Positions 10,901 through 23,934 of a stretch of 64,000 nt of DNA are shown here, one piece after another. A program made the translations under genes and the position numbers. The notes beneath the pieces were generated by a model. That model saw only the letters and a list, made by a program, of their open reading frames with translations, made no database searches and was not told where the DNA came from. Each line of letters starts with the position of its first letter. Within the stretch, counting starts at the first letter, position 1. Source of the DNA: Phallusia mammillata (taxonomy: Eukaryota); NCBI GenBank assembly GCA_965637545.1, contig OZ281500.1:18910001-18974000 (forward strand), in the 5' to 3' direction.

Positions 10901-13737
10901 TACCAATTGGGCATTAAAATGAACTAAATATTACTCAAACACCCAGCGAAAAATGTTTTTGTGTATTTAACTTGGTGAAAAGCGTATTTGATTTATTTTT
11001 CAGGTATGCAGGCAAAATGGACAGTAATCAAAGATGCTTATTATACTGTGGTCTTCTATTTTTATTTCATTTAAAATCACAAAGCTAACACACAACTTGA
11101 TGTTGTACCTGCGCATGAGATGAGAGATTTGCCGTGGCGAAAGATAACCGCATAATTGCCACAAAATGCGTGAGAATGCTTCCTTCGACACTTTGCCTTC
11201 TCCATTAGGGTCGTTGCACTTAAATATGTTTCTTACAGCGTGAAGATTTGAAGATCTAAGCTTGTCTTCTAAGATGATCAGGATCTGAAAACATATAAAG
11301 AGTTTGTTAAAAATAAATAGGGTCAATTTAGTTCAATGTGTTGCCCCCAACGAGCCTTTGTGAATATCATTTATCAGTATAACTCAGATACGAGTTTTCT
11401 TTACGAAATAGGGAAGGACTGACACTATAACGCGTTTGTTTTATAAAGCGGTTAATAACGATATTGCGCTATTTGATGGACCTATTATTTATGTAGACAA
11501 ATATTTCATAAAACAAAGAATGTTCCGTATGTTAAGATTTATTGCAAATTATAAGAAACCTTTATAACAGGGGCGGGCAACATACGGCCCGCGGGCCGGA
11601 TCCGGCCCGCGACGGGATTGTGAGCGGCCCGCAGACAGTGTCTGGTCTTACATGATATAACGTGGCCCGCGGCCACAGTCTGCCGAATCCCCCACTACTT
11701 GCTTACTACGTCAAATTATAGTTGTAACCAGGGATTCGAACCGCTTGTGATATGGGTTCGGGTTCGGTTCGGATTTACTTCGTTTTGTTTTTAAGGGTTC
11801 GGGTTCGGTTCCGGTTTTAAAAAATGTATATTTTCGGGTTCGGGTTTTGTTCCGGTTTGGACAAATTATCCGGTCCGAACCGGTTTGCGGTTTTTAAACC
11901 GGTTCAAATTTTTATTCGTTTTAATTTAATTCTACCCATTATCTACCTGGCCTTATCAAACTCCAAAAAAATTTTGCCCTTTCACTGTTATTTTTGACAC
12001 GCCCTATAAGTGTTATCTCGCGTATTCTTTAGTGCGCTTTTTTGAAAAAATCACAAAACATAAAACATACTGCATTTTTTACTGGTTCGGTTCCGGTTCG
12101 GGTCCAACGCCAAACAAAATATGGGGTTCAACTCCGGTTCGGGTTTTTAGAAAATCGTAATTAGCGGTTCGGGTTCGGTTCGGGTTTAATGAAATTAACC
12201 GCTCAAACCGGTTCGCAGGTTCGGGTTCAGTTCCGGTTCGACTTCCTGGTTGTAACAAACAGTAACGCTCCCCAATAACAAAAAAACTTTCACGCCGTTG
12301 TTACCATTGCACCATACATCCATTGTTACGGCGTAACTGCCAACCTCGCGTGTGGCCTGCTTTCACGGTTTCCTTTGTTTCCCCACGTGTAGTGTGGTTA
12401 GTGTTTCAGCAGTATCTGAGTCTGTGGTGTATGCATTAAATTTGCTGTGATGAATAATTTTATGTTATATCAGTTAGATTGTTTGGACTGTATTGTAATT
12501 GCGACGTTCTTGATTGTATTTAGTTTAGGTGGTCAAAAATCCGTTTTAAATCACTGGATAAATACGCGATTAATGTATCGATTCACGAATCCGGCCCGCC
12601 AAGTACTTCATTTTCCCATATCAGGCCCGCCGACTGGAGAAGTTGCCCGCCCCTGCTTTATAAGATGAAAAGCAGGCGTTTACCGTATTCGTAGTTTTAA
12701 TATACAGTGTTATCTAATAAAAGCCATTGAACCGTATGGATAGTACAGTGCATATAGCAGACCATTACCACTTGTGAGTTCTTGGTCTATGGAAAAATTC
12801 AATGACGGTGTACGGTGATCAAAAAAGGCGTCAGACATCACCAGGTACCAGTGTAGTATTGTTTTAGTGCGCAACTATTAAACAAGCCTCCATTGTTCAG
12901 CTTCAATAACATGAAATCTAGAAGTCAGCCCATTGTTACGACGCTTTGTTGACAGAAAACACTTTAAATCTCCTGATTGTCAATATTTCTTCCGTGTCGC
13001 TTCATTGTTTTGAACAATGATTCTTTCCCCGTATTACAGCAGGTGACATAGCTTTAACAAGCGTGTATTTATTTGTGGATGACAGGCGGTGAAATTGGCG
13101 TTACTTGTTGCTCTAACAACAAGTAAATGTTGGGTACAGAGTAATATCAATTAAATAGCTCACAATAGTTAATTATCGCTTTACAGACTAAATGTAATTG
13201 CATTTCATTTTGGTTACACAGTTAAGTCAAAAACGTGCGAATAATTATGACCTTGAGTACCAATTCAAGGTCATGTGAGGTGTTATGTTTACCTTCCAAA
13301 TAAACATCTCAACAGTTTAAACGTGCCAACAAAGGTAATCTTATGTTAGTCCTAACGTGTCGATTGCGAGCAAACACACCGACTAAAGCCAACAGAACAG
13401 ACCATGTTACCTCATCTGTACCCATGCGTCGTCCCGACTGTGAAGACGGACAGTTAAAGGACCTCTCGCTAGTGTTTGAGCCAGCAACGCTTTTCGATCT
13501 TAGTTTTTCCAGTGGTTGGCTCATTGGCAACGGGGTTGGGTCTGTTAAAGACCAATCAACAGATTGAGCTCCATTGCGTGATTGCCTGAAACACAAAAGT
13601 ACATTATTCGCATTGATATGTATTCAACTTTATAACCAACATGCTTCTTACCCGCTTATGGAAAGAGACTCTCTACTGCCGAGACGTGACAGCGGATGCG
13701 AGATGGAAGGAAATTTCTGGGCCATGTCGGGTGCCAT
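1936..13737 (-). CDS. EFCAB6: EF-hand calcium-binding domain-containing protein 6-like (multi EF-hand repeat protein), 21 coding exons, ~1031 aa
   Basis: Phase-consistent GT-AG exon chain (5'->3' on minus): 13652-13737, 13411-13585, 11109-11284, 10479-10662, 10263-10369, 9901-10038, 9466-9612, 9088-9128, 8756-8898, 8136-8284, 7936-8049, 7666-7819, 6970-7148, 6375-6497, 5525-5674, 4780-4916, 4558-4700, 3755-3956, 3023-3199, 2563-2679, 1936-2189. Total 3096 nt, ending in TAA. Repeated helix-loop-helix units, e.g. FKCNDPNGEGKVSKEAF, ALEAKDTNACGLISKPDL, FDQNGTGFLTLDEF, LRYLDPMGTSRIPKEDM, LRKEDVGERGRIPVEAF. The EF-hand family call is strong. The EFCAB6 orthology rests on recalled architecture, not a search. 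Confidence 0.82.
5766..5928. mobile_element. Tc1/mariner-type MITE fragment (family also at ~30105-30254, 34612-34804, ~38776-38905)
   Basis: TA followed by CACTAAACCTC resembles the CAGTAAACCTC terminus. Shares CCGGATTAACCGATGTCGATTAGTT (as reverse complement) with the other copies. Confidence 0.65.
8950..9056. mobile_element. mini hAT-type MITE (107 bp); related degenerate copy at ~21131-21295
   Basis: TIRs CAGTGTTGCCAGG / CCAGGCAACACTG. Flanks CTCAATAA / CTCAAGTA (6/8 TSD match). The internal GGGCT...GTTGCGCTTTTT..AATT.GACC.GGCAA motif recurs inverted near 21131-21200. Confidence 0.75.
11568..12655. mobile_element. hAT (Charlie/Buster-like) MITE in an EF-hand gene intron, carrying a nested MITE
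   Basis: Perfect 14-bp TIRs CAGGGGCGGGCAAC / GTTGCCCGCCCCTG. Perfect 8-bp TSD CTTTATAA (11560-11567 and 12656-12663). Subterminal GGCCCGC repeats. Confidence 0.92.
11729..12248. mobile_element. hAT-type MITE with GGTTCG subterminal repeats (520 bp), nested
   Basis: TIRs CAGGGATTCGAACC / GGTTCGACTTCCTG. Perfect TSD GTTGTAAC (11721-11728, 12249-12256). Alignable over its full length with 26046-26564. Confidence 0.92.
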
Positions 13738-15356
13738 GACAACGCATGAACTCGAGCTATAGGATCAACAAATAACACCCTAACTTAAAAACACGATAAA
13801 TCGATAATAATACCACTAAGCCTTCAAAAGCAGGAATAATGTTATAATCTTAAATGAAATAGCTTTGCTGCACATTTGTCTTTCTGGAAAAAAAAACATA
13901 TGTTACAATGAAAACATAACTAAAATACAGTCGAAGAAACGTATAATACACAAAAGATTGGAGATATTCTTCAAGCATTTATATCGACTTTCAGCAGACT
14001 AAGGAGGATTTAGATTGCTTTGCAGACAAGCTCAGTGCCCATTGTGTTAATTCCCACTTCGCCTTTTGAGTTGCCCTTCAACCTGACCGCTGACAGGAGC
14101 GTACAGCTCGCAACAAGTTCTTATCACAGGCTTATCCAACACTTTTCTCTGTGCGCACACATGCCCAAGTGGCCTAATGTATTTCAACAATATATGTCAC
14201 TTTCGTAAATGTCATTGGTACCACATCTAGTTTCCCATGAAATTTTCTAAGCTGGTTACAGATTTATGCACGAATATTCGACAAGCGGCATTTAAAAAAA
14301 TCAATAAGAGTTGTCATGTTATCATTTATAAATCCCTAAACTAGTCTGATGTGCTTTTCTACCAACAAATCATAATATTTCTGTGTACAAGCTTAAATAC
14401 ATACACAAACACACTGTATAGAAGTAGTTTTTAATTGAAAATGTTGACTTGTACTCTCCTCTAGTATTTGGCCTCACCAGCCTACAATCCCAACAATCTG
14501 AGCAGAGCCAAGACAGACGCCTCTCATTAAAGGTCATTAAGCTAGTAGCAAGTTACACAGCTTAGCTGAAACAATAGCAACTCGGTGCCCGGGACGACAC
14601 TGAATGAGTTCCACAATTCAATTCATCCATTGTTACGCGATTGTCAAGAGGCGCAAGAGAGGCTCCCCAGCCTGTTTTCAATGCGCGACATAACTTCGCA
14701 AATTAAAGGGATTGCACCTCACTCTACGCCTACAGCGCATGTTTTTGGTACAAGCTTTTGAATGAGTTGTACATTAATATGACCTACATTACTGGACAGA
14801 GTTGTACTGGAACGCTGTTTTTTTACCGATTTGATTAAAGAAATATACACGGACTTTTGCGTAATGGTTCAAGTTGGTGGTCTTTGGCAAACACATTAGT
14901 AGTACTGCAAACGAGTATTTTAGTTTTGCTTGTCGTCCCACCGTAAACAATTTAAGTACACAATTTACACAAACATTCATAGCTCACTTCTACCAGTCTA
15001 AAGGTTCTGCTGTCTATAAATCTTGACCAAACTGTTTTCCATTGCTACAGACCTGTCAAAAACAAGGTCTTCAGCAATTGGGACTATCGGATTGGCCAAC
15101 TCATTAGGTACTAGCCGTTTGGTCACGCGCATTCTTTAGCTGGAGAAGTTGCTACACTTGATTGAGCCTTCTGTAAATCTGCATCACTTGTCCAAATTTC
15201 AACGAGATTTGCCAAACCCTTGACACAGCTTCTGTATGTACACAGATGGCGAGCAGCGTGCGCCCCGCATTCACAACGATTCAGCACAACGCTAAAATTG
15301 CCGATTTACCCCGGAAATCTGATTGGTGTAAAAATAACATTTGAGGTGATTAAAAC

Positions 15357-15869
15357 TAGTGATGTACCGAATCGGCGAAATTTCGATTCGGCCGAAACCG
15401 AATATTCGGCGGTTTTGCCGAATAAATTCGGCCGAATCAACCGAATCATATATGACGTCACGCAAAGTCGTATCCCACGCGTTTGACATGAAAGCAGAAG
15501 TTTATCTACCAGACAATTAGTGCAGAATGGTTGTGTTTCGTCCGTATTTTAGTTCTGTGGGGTTTAACATTGTCCCAATCACGATTGCCAACCCGGCAAT
15601 GGAAAACTGATTTTTTGTCTGCAGTGGGAAAAGCGTCAATATGTCAAAAAATATAATGATTGACGCGTATTGACCCCAAGCACGATTGCCAACCCGACAT
15701 TTTCGTTGTTACTGAGAAGAAAGGACTCGTTTAACGCTTTAAATGTGTGTTCGGAAAAGATTCGGTTTCGGCCGAATGGCAACAAATTATTCGGCCGAAA
15801 CCGAATCTTTGCAAAAATGACCGATTCGGCCGAATAAATTCGGCAAACCGAATATTCGGTACATCTCTA
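15357..15869. mobile_element. hAT-type MITE with TAG termini and CCGAA subterminal repeats (513 bp)
   Basis: TIRs TAGTGATGTACCGAAT / ATTCGGTACATCTCTA. Perfect TSD ATTAAAAC (15349-15356, 15870-15877). Internal direct repeat CACGATTGCCAACCCG twice. Confidence 0.9.
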
Positions 15870-18329
15870 ATTAAAACCACATAACGATTCAAAATACCAC
15901 ATTCGCACATGCGGGATCCAATGCAAGTGAGAATAACGCTACAACGGCTAATTGCGAACTGACCTCGAACAAAAATCGTCCACAAACGCATGAACAGACG
16001 ATTCGAGTTGCGGATATTAAAAAAACTGAAGCTTTCAATAAAATTAGAATCAGTCTGTGTTTTTGGTAGGCATTTCGACAGACTAAGGAGGATTTTTTTG
16101 GCAGGCAAAGCGTAATATCGATTTTGCCACCACAATAGCATCCTTAGGTCTAAACAAATACATAGGTTAACAGGATATACACGAATGTAAAATAAAAGAA
16201 ATAAAAGGCGTTCTTTTAACGTATTTATGACGTTCGACTATGTGTATGTCAGATGTATGCAAAGACCAAGAGTATGGTAAAATGGAGGCTATCCAGAGCA
16301 CTTTGTAACGATTTATTTAACCACGAGTGTTTTCACGATACAAGACATTGATGTATTGGTCTGGTCGGATGTGTTTTAATGCACGAATATTGGCAAGCGC
16401 TGAAGGCCTTTTTCATTGTGTGGCATACCATATTTCCGCAGTGATTCTGAATGTGGCAAGCAAACAGATTGGCCTCCTTGCGCATTTTAATTCGTTATGG
16501 AATGTTTGGTGATGGAGGGTTTGACTTTTGAAAGTTCTACAGACTGGAAAATTGACGGTCTTTTGTGGTCGAGCACACTAACGGGAAATTTGGAAAAGTG
16601 GACTGATCAAACACTAAGCTGCTAGAGTGCCAGTATGTAGAGAACACTATAGCTTATATGTTACCTTGGACTGATAATGGCATTAGAGGTTGCTTAACGT
16701 CTGCTACATTGTATTTGTAGCGATTTATTCTTGTCAGTGCATTCTTGTTTTTTTACCGCCAATTATCTTGTGGCACCTTAGTCATTTTTGTGTTGTGACA
16801 TCACTGCTGCTTTTCTTTGAGGGTGATTGCTTAATAACTGTTAATTAGGTTGCAGTTTGCTCTAACGTTTCACATGCATTAAAGTAGGGCGTAGCAAGTT
16901 TAAATAAGTTTCTCAAGGCACTGTGGAGTTGAAACCTTGAGTTGTTGGTCGTTCCGGGTTCGTGCTTTTTGCGGGCCTGGCTGCTATTTAGACCCTTGTA
17001 ACATAAGAATCGCGTTTACATGGTAAACATGTGTGCGGTATAGTATTGGCTTTTTGTTACGGGGCGGTATTGCTAGGTTCTGAACCTACCGAACTATAGG
17101 AAAATAGTCTTTGATGCAAGAATAGGTTGATTGAGGTTCACTAAAGGTAATGTCAAAACTTATGTAGACAAAAAACGCTTGACCAAATTTCGGTATGTCT
17201 CGAAACAATTCCGTAACATTTTCATTGTAATAATTATATGCAAGCCCAGTGGAGGTCTTGTTTTTGATGAAGCTATTCATGTTAGTCACATAACGTAGCT
17301 AGAACCGGGATATTACCTTTATCTCGGACCAGAATGTTTATTATAGATTGGGCCACGATAAAAATTAAGTTATATAGTGTATTTAGCCAGTTCGCAGTGG
17401 CTTATGCCCCAGGCGAGAGAAAAAGGTAGCTTCATCCTTCAGAACTGCACTGGTACACTTGCTTTACCAACTAGTTAATTAAAGTTAAATTATTACAAGG
17501 GTCAAGCGCTATACTTATACTTAGTTTTTTCCAACATTTAGTGATTCTAATGGGCTGCAGTATTGTGACAAGCAAGAACTTTTGAATCCATAAGCGTACT
17601 GTGCGACAAAGGGCCATCAGCTAAGGAAGTGTATATATCAGTGAAAATACGGCCTGCTGTGTAGAGGTATAACGGCAACAGCAATCTGTACAGGATTCTT
17701 TTGCTGTCAAATCGGTTTCCGGACCCAGCTTGATTCACCAGCAACTGTTTATGGTTAAGGTGGTGTAATATAATCATTTTGCTTGACGTATGTGATTATA
17801 GGCTGAATGCTTTGTTGATATGGTGGACCAGCAACATAAATGTTAATAAAAAGCAAGTAATTCATGTCAAAATTGTCCGGCTTAGTAAAAATGTTTGTTG
17901 AACAATAAACACTACATTTTAACGTCCTGTTTATCATTTTACATATGCTATGTCATGCATTGTTCGCATGGGGTACAGCATTGAAAGTGTCAGAGGGAAT
18001 TCCTTTTGATGGGAAGGAAGTCCTACTCATGTCACGAATGTGTCTTAGCGATAAAATACATGCGTAGCGGGTTGACAAAGGCATTAAAGGGCAATTAACC
18101 ACCAACAAGCAACGCGACGAGCAGCAAATGGGAGTATTGAAAAGGCAGGAGTATCTGATGCAAAAAACAAACTGTAACAATAGACAAATTTAGGAACTGG
18201 GCCATTACATAAATACATTACTTATTGTATCCCAGCCTATAACTTAAGCCTTGGTGAAAGTTAAACTGCCTAATGTTGTCTGCAGGAATTGTTTAGGTAA
18301 ACTGAATAAATAACAGCCAGCTTTGTAGG

Positions 18330-20886
18330 ATGGACAAAACAAACCGACATCATCCGGACAAGCCTGGAAGATCCATGGGCAGGGTAATTAAGTTACCTTT
18401 TTTAACTTGCAGGCCATATTTGTGCATTACATTCAGTAATGTTTTAAATTTAATATCTGCTTTTTATAAATTCTTCCGTATATAGGCTAGTACTTTAAAA
18501 AGTGATGACTCTTTATAAGTTTAATGGTGAAAATAACGGCCCAAATAGACGTAAAAAGCGACATGCTTTATTGTTCAAACGTTTCGGCAAATGCTATTTT
18601 CACCATCAAACTTATGAACAGATCCGTAGATAGTGTTCCAATGATGACTCTTTGTCTTTGCACAAACAGAAATTCTTCGAGCTTGGAAGTTTCGTGCCTA
18701 CCTGTAGCATCTACTTCTTGTTTACTACCATCCTCTCATCCGAGAATCTTACACTTCCGCTTTGGGGAGAAATGATAGCAAAGGTGTGATATGGAACTAC
18801 TTTAAGTAACTTGGCCAAAAGCCTCAGTAACGGTTATGTATACGAACGTACTTTTTACAAATGTCGTTGCAATGTTTCTTATCATAAACATTCTAGATCG
18901 ATCAAAACTAGACTTTTTCACGTTTTTCCAATCTTTAATTAGCTTTGATTTTTATAAGAAAATAATTATTTGTTTAAAGTACTTTCAATTTGAGGGATGC
19001 TGTAAAAAATGGATTCTCAAAGGCACTAAGTTATGTACATTACTGACTTTTCAGACCCTTCCAATTTTTACACTCATCAATTTTGTGATGAGTCAGCACG
19101 ACAACGACTTCAAATTGCTCTGGCGTTGTTCCTTCTCTCGGTACGTTTTCCTTGGCCTCTGCTTCTCGCTATTGGGTGACGCGCTCCTCGTTTATCAAAG
19201 CCTGTCTGACTACTACTTTATGGCAGGTAAGCTTCATGAACAACAAACAATTTTACTGCATTGTAACCTACAGCACGAAAGGCTTTTAAATTTAGTACGG
19301 TACAAATGTTAGTTATGAACTGTGAAGTGTGTGTTTTTTGGTGTTTGTTATGCTGTTAGAATACTGAACAAAAATTTCGTCCACCAGGTTGCATATTTGA
19401 CAAATTATCGTTCAATCGGTTTGGTGCCAGACAAAATACTTGAGTTTTTTGTAACGCCCTGAGCTTTTTGGCTCTTGTCTGATCTATAGCAACATACACT
19501 CTACAAAAAGATCTTCTCTGTAAAAATTTCTGTTAGCAGTTATGTGTCTATGCGTATATAATGTCTCCAATCGGCATGGGTAACCAAATCATTTTCCACA
19601 AGAAACGATAACCAAAAATACTGCCGGTCCTGCATGCTGCCGTAAAGACTGGTTGTTTTTGCGCATTGCGTCTTGATTCACTTAATGAGCTGGGAATTTT
19701 CTATGGAAATTACCTAAACCGCTCTACAGCAATGTTAAACCGTAACAATTTGTCCACTGTTTGTCATTATTACTTTTAGGCGCAAAATTTTACTAAAAAC
19801 GGAAAAGAAATGCAAATGTTGATGGTAGGGACCATTTACACTTTATGCAAACAAGTTTTCGGTCACATTGCACGTTTTGTGCTGGTGCAACTATTTTATG
19901 CAAATTTCAAGAATACTTACCTTCCTGTTTCAGGACTTATTTCATTTGCAATTGGTCACGTGATGTATATCTTCGCGTTTTCATGGACACCTCTCAGTCC
20001 GATGTTGCTCATCAAATTTGGACTCGTTGCTATGTTGCTTTATGGGTAAGATGCTTGCACCGGCATGTTTTAACAAGTTATGTTTTATTTGCGAAGTTGT
20101 TTAAGCAGCATTTTGCATGGTATGTTAGATAAACGGTACACTATAACCGTCAATACAATTATCATCAGCAAGCAAACTTACATAATGTTTTCAAACTAAA
20201 CATATTTTCACATAAGTTTCCGATATTAACTCACTAATCCATTTTTGGTATACTTTGAAAGTTACCTTTGGGAGGGCGAAAATGCTCTGAGTTCCCAGTC
20301 AGTCGCGTTGAAGATCGGCGTGGCACTCTACTCCTTCATCAACGCTGCAATGAACTGGAGAAGTTGGGCAAGACTCTCGTACCAGGATTTTATTGACGGT
20401 AAGATGAGTCGGGCTAAATATCAAAAGTTTAGTTTATTGTTATTTTTGTCGCAAGAAACGCCTACATCTGTTTTTGATGTTGTTAAAATATTTCGGCTTT
20501 GTAAGTGTCTAAAAACACGCAAAAATGTTATTTAAAGTAAGTTAATCCCTTGGGTGTATTTTTTACTCTATAAAACAACAACCACGGTCTACCAAACACA
20601 AGCAGAAACATAACTATTAAAACACACACGACAGACGTAAAACAGATCAACTGATCACAAATATTTTAAATACAACGTATTTTTAGGTCGCTGGTACGAA
20701 TTTATGGGCTGCGTCGGAGCAATTAACTTCCTCGTATCCGACGCAATACTGGCAATCAACAAGTTCAAGTTTCCAGTGCCACATGAAACACTTTTGATCA
20801 TGGGAACCTACTATATCGCACAACTTGGAATCGCACTTTCTGTCGTGGACGGGCCAGATATTTACAGACCGGTCAAAAACGATTGA
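18330..20886 (+). CDS. TMEM86: TMEM86/YhhN-family (lysoplasmalogenase-like) membrane protein, paralogue A, 6 exons, ~262 aa
   Basis: Exons 18330-18383, 18670-18783, 19055-19226, 19934-20045, 20262-20398, 20687-20886 (789 nt, phases consistent). Family motifs K-TLPI, FSLLGDALL, FAIGHVMY, FLVSDAILA, TYYIAQ. The exon 5 acceptor is a weak AAG, placed by homology to paralogues C and D. Confidence 0.88.
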
Positions 20887-23800
20887 CAAGTTTCATATTG
20901 TGTACTTCCCTAAATTCTTTTGACGGTTGCTGGTTACAATTAACAGGATTTCTGCCTTAAACTGCACAATTTATTGCCTTTAATGAACCCACATTGGAGC
21001 AACGAAAGTTTAAAACCAAAAAACTTTGTTAAACGTTGTTTCAGTTTTGTATTGAATTTATTTCCTGCTTATTGTTTTATTAAGGTATTTTTTCCGCCTT
21101 GTTGCCCGAACTGAGGTCTTGTCTCCAGTTTAGTTTTGCCAGGTCGAATTCTTAAAAAGCGCAACTAAATCAAAAACAAGCCCAAAACTAGCCCATCTTT
21201 GCTGCAAATTCGCGTTGACGCATGCAAAATTAACCCGCAACTCGGTGTCAAAAGAAGCCTTGTTGGGCAACGAAACCGCCATCCTGGTATCACTGCCTGG
21301 CCAACCCCTTGTTAGCTATCTGGTGTCACCAAGCGGTAAAAAGTTCAATGTTGATTTATCGCTAGTATTAGCATTAGCTTTTAGATTCGATTGCTTATCG
21401 GTTGTACTCGATTTACTCCAAACAGGTATTGTTGAAATTTACCATTATACGACGACAAGATGTTTTAAAGTCCATACGCCAAGCCACTAATGTGAGTCCC
21501 TGTCACATAACGCTTGTAGTAACGGTCTAGCTGCAGCTCGTCTACCATGTACCCACCAATTGTGCCCTCAACTTTGTCGTGCTTTTTAACGTCAGCTACT
21601 TCCGGCTTGGTGAATATTTTAGCGCAATTCTGCTGCTACGATTTTTCCCGGCAAAATAAACTCAACTTAACTCAACTCTGTAATTCTATATTGATTCTAT
21701 GCACTTAGAAAAAGCCTAGAAAAAAGTGTTTTTTAAAACTTACGCCTAACATTGACGTGCACAAAAAAGAATCACAAAACGTTTCATTGCACTACTGTAG
21801 TTTAAACTTTAAACCAAGGCGGTTTAAGCTTTCTTTCCTTAAAAAACTGATTATTTAGTCTTTCAGCCAGAGCAAAAAACGTATGTAACTTTTAATATGT
21901 GTCATTTACCATTGATACTATTAGTTTTTATGGAGAGGTATTTATAGAGAGGTGCAGTAAACACGAAAAATTCCGGAAACCCAACAAAGCATTTCTCATT
22001 TCACTTTCGAAAACATGTTTTTCGGGACCATACTACCAGTGGTATTAGAGTCTAACCAAGCGTGAAGTAAAGACTTAACGTGGGCCGCGTCATAATAATG
22101 GCATTATCCAACGTTCTTCAGCCAGTGCGAACGTATACATTAATAGCTACGTGACTGGTCACTACTTGCGGTTCCGCTGGAGCGAAGACAAACGTTTAAA
22201 AATCCAGCCCACAGACAAACTGTCGTATAATTAGTAATATGCCGAGCAAATTTGGATCATTGATTAGTACAGTTTTGAATGCAAGTGCTTTGCACTGTGT
22301 TAACAGACATTTATAAGACTCGAATAAATAAATTAGTAAAAAAAAACTTAAACTTGCCTCAAATAGACCTTAGTTATGGCAAAGAATTCGTGGTTATATT
22401 ACTTCTTGGAGGAACAGATTGAAAAGATAGTGGCGATTTAAAAGCGAATGGACCCACCTACCTTTCTGACTTTTTTCTGACCGCTGTTCAGGGTAAATAG
22501 AAGGTAGAAAACGGTTAATTAAACTTGCATGAGGCTTGACGTGCGCCGAAAATTGGATGAACAGCCAAACTAAAACTTTTAGTGGCATCGTTCATAAACA
22601 ATATGTGTTTTTGTGAGGCGTTAACACAGCCATGTGTCGTTTTATACAGTGTAGTTGCATATCCTAACCTTTACAAAATGTTGTTGTTGATTATATAGGA
22701 CACTGTTCAAAACACGCTTGAGCAGAAACGGATATTTGGGATGACGTATTGTCACGAAGGGAGTATGTAAACCTTGTTATTTGAAACTTTAGGCGGCATT
22801 TAACGAACCTGGCAACATTTTAGTTCAGCAGTTCACGAAAAAAAGCGAGCACTTCCGGCAGCCATTATTTTAGAAATTATTTCAGCAAGGGACAGGACGG
22901 GGCTCAGTTAGTCTGATCCAAATTAGTGGAAATCCCATCTGTTATGGTGCAAGCTAAAGTGGTACAAAAGTAACTTTAGTTAGGCATAGTTCACGCTAAC
23001 GTGATAGGGTACATAAATACCACAATAAATTTAAAGCCTATGTAAGGAGTTTGCACTATTTAGAGTGAATGACAATGTTAGTTATGACGTTAAATACGCG
23101 TTGGTTCTTGCCAAATTGCTCATAAGATTTGCAATCGAAGTCCAGATAGTGATGTGATATAGAACTAAAGGGAAAATCCTCATGTTGGCACGATTAAATA
23201 GCGACGGAACAGACAACAAGCCGGTTTACACAATGCCTGCAGGCTACAGTAGTCGACTTAAACCAATGGTAGGCCCATGCCGTTACAAAAAAAAACAGCA
23301 TTACAGTTAGCAAGGTTCAGAATGGGTATGGCTTGGTTTTTATGTGAACAAAATTGGTGTGTTTTCAATTTTAAGCGCACATTATTGGCCTATCTTGGAT
23401 GCTAAATGATCTCGTTTCAACAATGCAACTATGTGTCACTTCCGTTGACGTAAGCATCATGCAGCGTGGGGTGTTTAGTTACTATGTTGTTTGTAGGATT
23501 GTTAGAGATTACCTATTGCTATCAACACGTTTCAACTGGGTGGTATTAGGTATTTGTAGGCTAAATCTACGATGGCCTTCATATTTAGATTGAGGCATAT
23601 ATATAGAGACTATGGTTTGTGCGAAGTGCAGACGAATTGCAAAAATAAACAATGAAGAAGTTTTCAATGTTACGTTAATTAAACTTTATCAGATTATACA
23701 GCATTGCAGATAGTTCACAAATACTCGTAGCAAAAAGCTTTTTAACAACTGACTCTTATTGTGTAACCCGAAGTGAAAATGTTGCGTTACAATTCGTAGA

Positions 23801-23934
23801 AATCTAGAGGAATAATAACAAAGTCATTTAAAGCATTGCAACAACAATCACCCCCGACCAGGAATATTTTATTTCTAAAGAGTAGCACTGAAGAGGCAAA
23901 GCTTACTGGTTTAGGGGTTATCTGAATTTACAAA

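Noticed and set aside
11750-12240. GGTTCG/GGGTTC arrays as telomeric repeats, tRNA B-boxes or a CRISPR array
   Set aside because: They are irregular subterminal repeats bounded by TIRs and a TSD. There is no cloverleaf and no repeat-spacer periodicity.
15220-16141. ORFs of 88, 65 and 136 aa
   Set aside because: They are open frames through the CCGAA subterminal repeats of the 15357-15869 MITE.
17945-18192. Plus-strand ~80-codon frame with a single internal TAG (possible readthrough or pseudo-exon)
   Set aside because: No homology recognised, no flanking splice sites, and a length compatible with chance.
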